Positions 59,572 to 64,000 of a DNA stretch of 64,000 nt are shown in pieces (the stretch's first letter is position 1; each line of letters opens with the position of its first letter). The notes under the pieces were generated by a model that ran no database searches, was not told the origin of the DNA, and saw only the letters and a list, made by a program, of their open reading frames with translations. The DNA is taken from assembly GCA_015062045.1 (NCBI GenBank), contig SUVJ01000002.1, forward strand, positions 1,300 to 65,299. Reading direction: 5' to 3'. The position numbers and the translations under genes are program-made. Origin of the DNA: Akkermansiaceae bacterium. GTDB taxonomy: Bacteria; Verrucomicrobiota; Verrucomicrobiia; Verrucomicrobiales; Akkermansiaceae.

Positions 59572-60561
59572 TCATTGTTGTTGCGTCTTTATTTTACAAC
59601 GTTGTATAGTTTGCCAAAGTATCCACAAAGTAGAAGGTGCACGATTTTCAATATTCGCCTCGTGTTCATCTATAGAACGCCACACAGGGTATACTTCCCC
59701 ATTTGGGAAATCTGGTCTATTTTTGATATAATCCTCAAATCCCCCTATCTCTGAACCATGATTGAGCAGAAATGTTATCTCGCCCGGAGAACACAAGGCA
59801 TCATCTATTGCCTTGGATACAAGGTAATCTAACGAAAATCTCCCAGTCATATCTACAGCATAGCCATATTGGTGTAGTAGTTCGTATACTACTATAACAG
59901 GGGCCACGGGAGGAATCCTATCTGGATCATCAAAAAAAAGAAGAGGGTCTGGCACATAATGCGTTGCTAGTCTCCCGTTTACATCTTGCAAGTTTCCGTC
60001 AGCACCTAATTCCAACAAGTAGTAGATTGCAGCACCATCTAATATTTTACAGGCAATCATGAGCGGAGATATTCCTTTCGTATCACATATATTTATATCC
60101 CCTCCTTTTGTAACTAAATATTCAGCTACATGCCTTTCCATATGCGGAATACCTAAATGAAAAATCGTTTCTCCTTCATTATTTCTATGATTTACATTTC
60201 CACCTAACTCTATAAACTTATCAATGAGAGGGTAAACAGCTTTATCCCCAATAGTAAAGCGACAAATATCCAAATACTCACCACAATGCTGAATACAAGC
60301 CATCAAAACAGTATTTCCTCTACTGTCGACAATATTAGCACCATAACTATCGAGCAAGTATACATACTCAGCAATAGTTTCAAGCGGAATTCCTTGTTGA
60401 AACAAGTCATACAGCTTTACAGAGTCTATAAGTTCATTATTAACATTAACAGCACAAGTAGATTTATTGTTTTTCATTGCCAGTGCTGTATCTGTATTTA
60501 GAGCATGCACAGTTCCAAAGAATACGAACAATAAAAAAGTTATTATGCGGTATATGTACAT
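59572..60561 (-). CDS. Secreted ankyrin-repeat protein, AT-rich
   Basis: Signal peptide ending GTVHA; GNTVLMAC, GETIFHL, GISPLMIAC..YLLELGAD. Confidence 0.85.
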   Translation of the reverse strand: MYIYRIITFLLFVFFGTVHALNTDTALAMKNNKSTCAVNVNNELIDSVKLYDLFQQGIPLETIAEYVYLLDSYGANIVDSRGNTVLMACIQHCGEYLDICRFTIGDKAVYPLIDKFIELGGNVNHRNNEGETIFHLGIPHMERHVAEYLVTKGGDINICDTKGISPLMIACKILDGAAIYYLLELGADGNLQDVNGRLATHYVPDPLLFFDDPDRIPPVAPVIVVYELLHQYGYAVDMTGRFSLDYLVSKAIDDALCSPGEITFLLNHGSEIGGFEDYIKNRPDFPNGEVYPVWRSIDEHEANIENRAPSTLWILWQTIQRCKIKTQQQ

Positions 60562-61029
60562 GTTTCTTGTGTGATAATGAATAAGAACCTAATTTTTATC
60601 TCTGGCAATACGCTCAAGGAATACCTCAAGTCAAAGCTAGGAGCTGTCGTAAGACTATAATTTTTCGGATTGGTTGTCAAGACATTTATTTACGTTACAT
60701 CACTTTTCATCACGTTTTTGCTTTCTTTAGAATACCTTGGCCTTCTCCCCCGGCGTTTGGTAGGAATCTCGAAGAAGTTGTTGCCTCCGATTTGGTAGCC
60801 GGTGACTTTCCAACTGATATGGGTGAGGGTGGGGTAAATCTCATCTTTCCACTTGTAGACGCTGTCTAGTACGTCTACCCAGGGTGACAAGTTCATCGGA
60901 TAGCAACCCATTTCTCGATAAAATCGTCATAAATTTACCTCAAGATGAATGTGGGTACGTAATGTTAACACATTTACAGGACTATTGAACCTTCACCGGC
61001 ACGTCACACAAGTTAATTATCCCCCATTA

Positions 61030-61499
61030 TCATGGGGTCACGCTTCTAAGCTCATGAAGTTTTTTATGAAATGTCGGAAATCTTTCAGGGTGAATCAGTT
61101 TATAAAAAATACCCTTTTCAAGGCTTGGTGACAAAAATACATCTCTAACACTATCCGTGACGTAAATTCTAGCTTCACAACCATGAGCATCTTCAATACT
61201 TATAGAGCTTCCATAAGTTTTTAAATACAAGATATCATCCGGCCAATCTGCATATACAACATAACATTTGTTTTCCACAATATACTTCAACTCTAACACT
61301 AAGAGTTTTTTTTCATTTTCTGTGAAAGATTCAGACGCCCAAACGATTTTTGTTATATTTTCAACATCGATAGACTTAACTAAACTCTCTATCCTTTCTT
61401 CGGATTTAGCATCATCTCCATCTTTTGCAAAACAAGTAAAAGAAACACCCCAAACAAAAAAAAAATCACATTGATAAATACGAAGGACATCCTTTTCAT
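61030..61499 (-). pseudogene. Secreted protein gene out of frame at a T10 tract (possibly phase-variable)
   Basis: A10 at 61456-65 (T10 on the coding strand). T11 or T8 joins MKRMSFVFINVIFF to VWGVSFTCFAKDGDD... and the 61030-61299 ORF. Confidence 0.65.
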
Positions 61500-61672
61500 A
61501 GAAAACTCTTTGGAATAATTAAAAATAGGATTCTTTGCAAAAATTATTTACAAGATAACATTATACACTCTGCTTCAATATATAAACTTACAATAAGGTC
61601 GTTCAATTAGTCACTTACGTTATACTCTCGCGGCATGATTGCTAATTATGCCCACGCGTAGTAAACTATATC

Positions 61673-62218
61673 TTAATCCATATTAGAGTTTTCTCTATAT
61701 TTAAAGCTTAATATCACATGCACAATTTCATCAAGATGAGAAGCTAGGTGGGAAGACCTAAAAATTAGAGTATTTGCAGACCAGCATTCATCTTCGTCTT
61801 TTTGAAAATAGATTACAGAAATATTATTATGTATCGTGTCTATGAATAAAGCCGTCATGTGGTTATCTGAACATAGAAGTAAATCCGGATTAGGCTTACC
61901 AAGTTCCAGCAGGCTTTCTAACCCTTTTCGTGCGTCATATCCTGGGCCATTATAATCTGTATATACAATCACAAAGTCGGAGTTTGGATCCCTCCAGGCC
62001 TTACGGCGGTGCCAAATTTCTCTGGCTAATTTATCTTTTTTCGAGTATGTAATTCGGGTCAATCTGGTTGGGATTTCAAAATAATGCCAAACAAAGTTTA
62101 CACGTGTATATGAATCATGTTTATTTTCGTCCTGTTCGATTTTGTTATACTTGCCTTCCGCACAAACAATTTGTGAGGTAAATAATAGAATAAAAGTAAT
62201 TATTTTAAAAACATTCAT
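61673..62218 (-). CDS. Hypothetical secreted protein, AT-rich
   Basis: Signal peptide MNVFKIITFILLFTSQIVCA. Confidence 0.7.
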   Translation of the reverse strand: MNVFKIITFILLFTSQIVCAEGKYNKIEQDENKHDSYTRVNFVWHYFEIPTRLTRITYSKKDKLAREIWHRRKAWRDPNSDFVIVYTDYNGPGYDARKGLESLLELGKPNPDLLLCSDNHMTALFIDTIHNNISVIYFQKDEDECWSANTLIFRSSHLASHLDEIVHVILSFKYRENSNMD

Positions 62219-62270
62219 AGTAATCGCAGTACGGTGAAAGGTGCTTTGCAGTTGTAGGCGCGGCAAAAAG

Positions 62271-62867
62271 CTAGAGAGCCCACAGGGAATAACCGGTAGG
62301 TAGAATCAACCAGTTAACGGGGGTGGCAATGAAAGAGAGCGGCACATCTGCCAGCTCTGCTGCCCAGCGCAGGGGCTGCAGAGCTGTGTTAAGAGCACTG
62401 CGTTGCTCCGGCAGGTGAGCACATACAATAGCTTGCTTATGATAGTTCGGCAGGTGAATGACGGAGCGTTTTGCGAGAGAGAGGTCAAGCTGTGCAGCAG
62501 CTACAAAGCTTTTGACGGTATAGGGGGCATCTCCCTCTATCTCAGCATAAAAGGTTTGCGGTTTTTGCTCGAGAAACAAGGGGCGATAAAAACGAGCAAA
62601 CGCCTCCTTAGGGCAACCGCCTACCATATAGCAGTGAAACCACTTGGCACGGGCCGGCAGGTAGTAAACATCCACCTCCAGATATCGTTTACCATCTGCC
62701 GTTTGCCATACGGTTGCATGTTGATGCCGCTTACCGATGCGTGCAAGCTCTGCACACACGGGCAGCTCTCTCCCCACATTATCTACCGCGCCCCCCAAGT
62801 CTACAAAGGTGCAAGAGCCACAGGCCAAAAGCCCCATTGCGGCAATAATGTTGTGGAAACCTTTCAT
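62271..62867 (-). CDS. Hypothetical lipoprotein
   Basis: MKGFHNIIAAMGLLAC lipobox-like sequence; high-GC codon usage; follows hisIE. Confidence 0.65.
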   Translation of the reverse strand: MKGFHNIIAAMGLLACGSCTFVDLGGAVDNVGRELPVCAELARIGKRHQHATVWQTADGKRYLEVDVYYLPARAKWFHCYMVGGCPKEAFARFYRPLFLEQKPQTFYAEIEGDAPYTVKSFVAAAQLDLSLAKRSVIHLPNYHKQAIVCAHLPEQRSALNTALQPLRWAAELADVPLSFIATPVNWLILPTGYSLWAL

Positions 62868-62888
62868 GCTCAATAACCAATTATCAAA

Positions 62889-63509
62889 TCAATGTTTTTT
62901 CCAACCCGGTTTATGGCGTTCTGCAAGCTCCTCCACCACTTGTTCAATGCGCAAGCCTTTAGAGGTAAGCAGCACAATAAGGTGGTAGAGCATATCGGAG
63001 GCCTCGTAGAGCAGGCGTACGTTCGTGCCGTTGCAAGCCTCAATGCAGGCCTCAAGAGCTTCCTCACCCACCTTTTGAGCCATGCGGTTGACACCATCCT
63101 TAAACAAGGAGGTCGTGTAAGAGCCCTCGGGCATTTCCTCATGGCGCTTGTTGATGAAATCCTGCAACTCCGTCAAAAACATCAAGACATTGGGCTTATT
63201 CTCCTCTGCCCAGCAAGTATCTGTACCGGTATGGCAAACGGGGCCATGAGGGGTAGCCAGAATCAACAGGGTATCATGATCGCAATCTGCTTTAATGCTC
63301 ACTACATCCAGGTAATTGCCGCTGGTTTCGCCCTTGGTCCACAAGCATTGGCGGCTGCGGCTGAAAAAGCAAACCTTACCGGACTCCACCGTGCGGGCGT
63401 AAGACTCCTCATTCATATAGCCCAGCATCAGCACCTTGCCGGTGGCGGCATCTTGTATAATAGCAGGCACCAACCCGCCGCATTTTTCAAAATCAATCTT
63501 CATGGTCAT
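62889..63509 (-). CDS. hisIE: Bifunctional phosphoribosyl-AMP cyclohydrolase / phosphoribosyl-ATP pyrophosphatase
   Basis: FFSRSRQCLWTKGETSGN, DCDHDTLL, GPVCHTG, KVGEEA, EASDMLYHLIV. Confidence 0.97.
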   Translation of the reverse strand: MTMKIDFEKCGGLVPAIIQDAATGKVLMLGYMNEESYARTVESGKVCFFSRSRQCLWTKGETSGNYLDVVSIKADCDHDTLLILATPHGPVCHTGTDTCWAEENKPNVLMFLTELQDFINKRHEEMPEGSYTTSLFKDGVNRMAQKVGEEALEACIEACNGTNVRLLYEASDMLYHLIVLLTSKGLRIEQVVEELAERHKPGWKKH

Positions 63510-63523
63510 TCGTTATGTAACAG

Positions 63524-64000
63524 TTACAGAATCATCTTTTCAATGGGCAACACCAAAATACCTTGAGCCCCGGCCTCCTTGAGGCGGCCGATAATATCCC
63601 AAAAGCACTGCTCATCCAACACGGTATGAATACTGCACCAGCCCTCCTGAGCCAAGGGCATTATCGTGGGGCTCTTCACACCGGGCAACACAGCCACAAT
63701 TTGTTCCACACATTCCTTGGGTGCATTCATGAGCACGTAGCGCTTATCTGCGGCGGTCATCACAGCATCCATACGGAACATCAGTTGCTCCAAGAGGGCT
63801 TTTTTCTCCGCGCACAGGTTCTTGTTAGCAATGAGCACGGCCTCACTCTCCAGTACCACTTCAACCTCTTTCAGGTTGTTGCTCACCAATGTTGCACCAC
63901 TGCTTACAATATCAAAAATAGCATCAGCCAGCCCAATGCCGGTGGCAATCTCCACAGAGCCGGTAATAACATGAATATGAGCCTTTACCCCCTGCTCTTT
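63524..64000 (-). CDS. hisG: ATP phosphoribosyltransferase (long form), 5'-truncated by window edge
   Basis: GSVEIATGIGLADAIFDIVSSGATL..N.L, LPGVKSPTIMPL, GAQGILVLPIEK. Confidence 0.97.
   Translation of the reverse strand, partial: KEQGVKAHIHVITGSVEIATGIGLADAIFDIVSSGATLVSNNLKEVEVVLESEAVLIANKNLCAEKKALLEQLMFRMDAVMTAADKRYVLMNAPKECVEQIVAVLPGVKSPTIMPLAQEGWCSIHTVLDEQCFWDIIGRLKEAGAQGILVLPIEKMIL

Overview
Chromosomal window from a Verrucomicrobiota bacterium, probably Akkermansiaceae-like. This is inferred from PEP-CTERM tails of the PEPATATLxLLAL..RRRR type, a MurC-MurB fusion and a three-gene prepilin cassette. The GC-rich backbone carries tnaA-like, birA, glycogen GT4/GH57, murC-murB, ddl, ftsQ, nusA-infB-rbfA, an AsmA-like gene, trxB, argG, hisC, metH, nuoA, uppP, lepB and hisIE-hisG. 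Four accessory zones stand out. (1) At 1.2-3.0 kb, a PEP-CTERM gene sits behind a 22-bp-IR candidate invertible split promoter that appears OFF, opposite a convergent broken PEP-CTERM gene. (2) At 28-34 kb, an AT-rich acyl/glyco-modification island (acyltransferase, ACP, SDR, KAS III, frameshifted membrane transferase, GT4). (3) At 40.46-44.93 kb, a 4465-bp tyrosine-integrase element inserted in the 3' end of metH, supplying a replacement metH tail and carrying only two ankyrin-repeat envelope proteins. (4) At 58.6-62.9 kb, a structured heptamer-bounded element, a REP doublet and an array of secreted orphan proteins, one interrupted at a T10 tract. No rRNA, tRNA or CRISPR array was recognised. 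All product calls come from visual motif recognition; no database searches were run.
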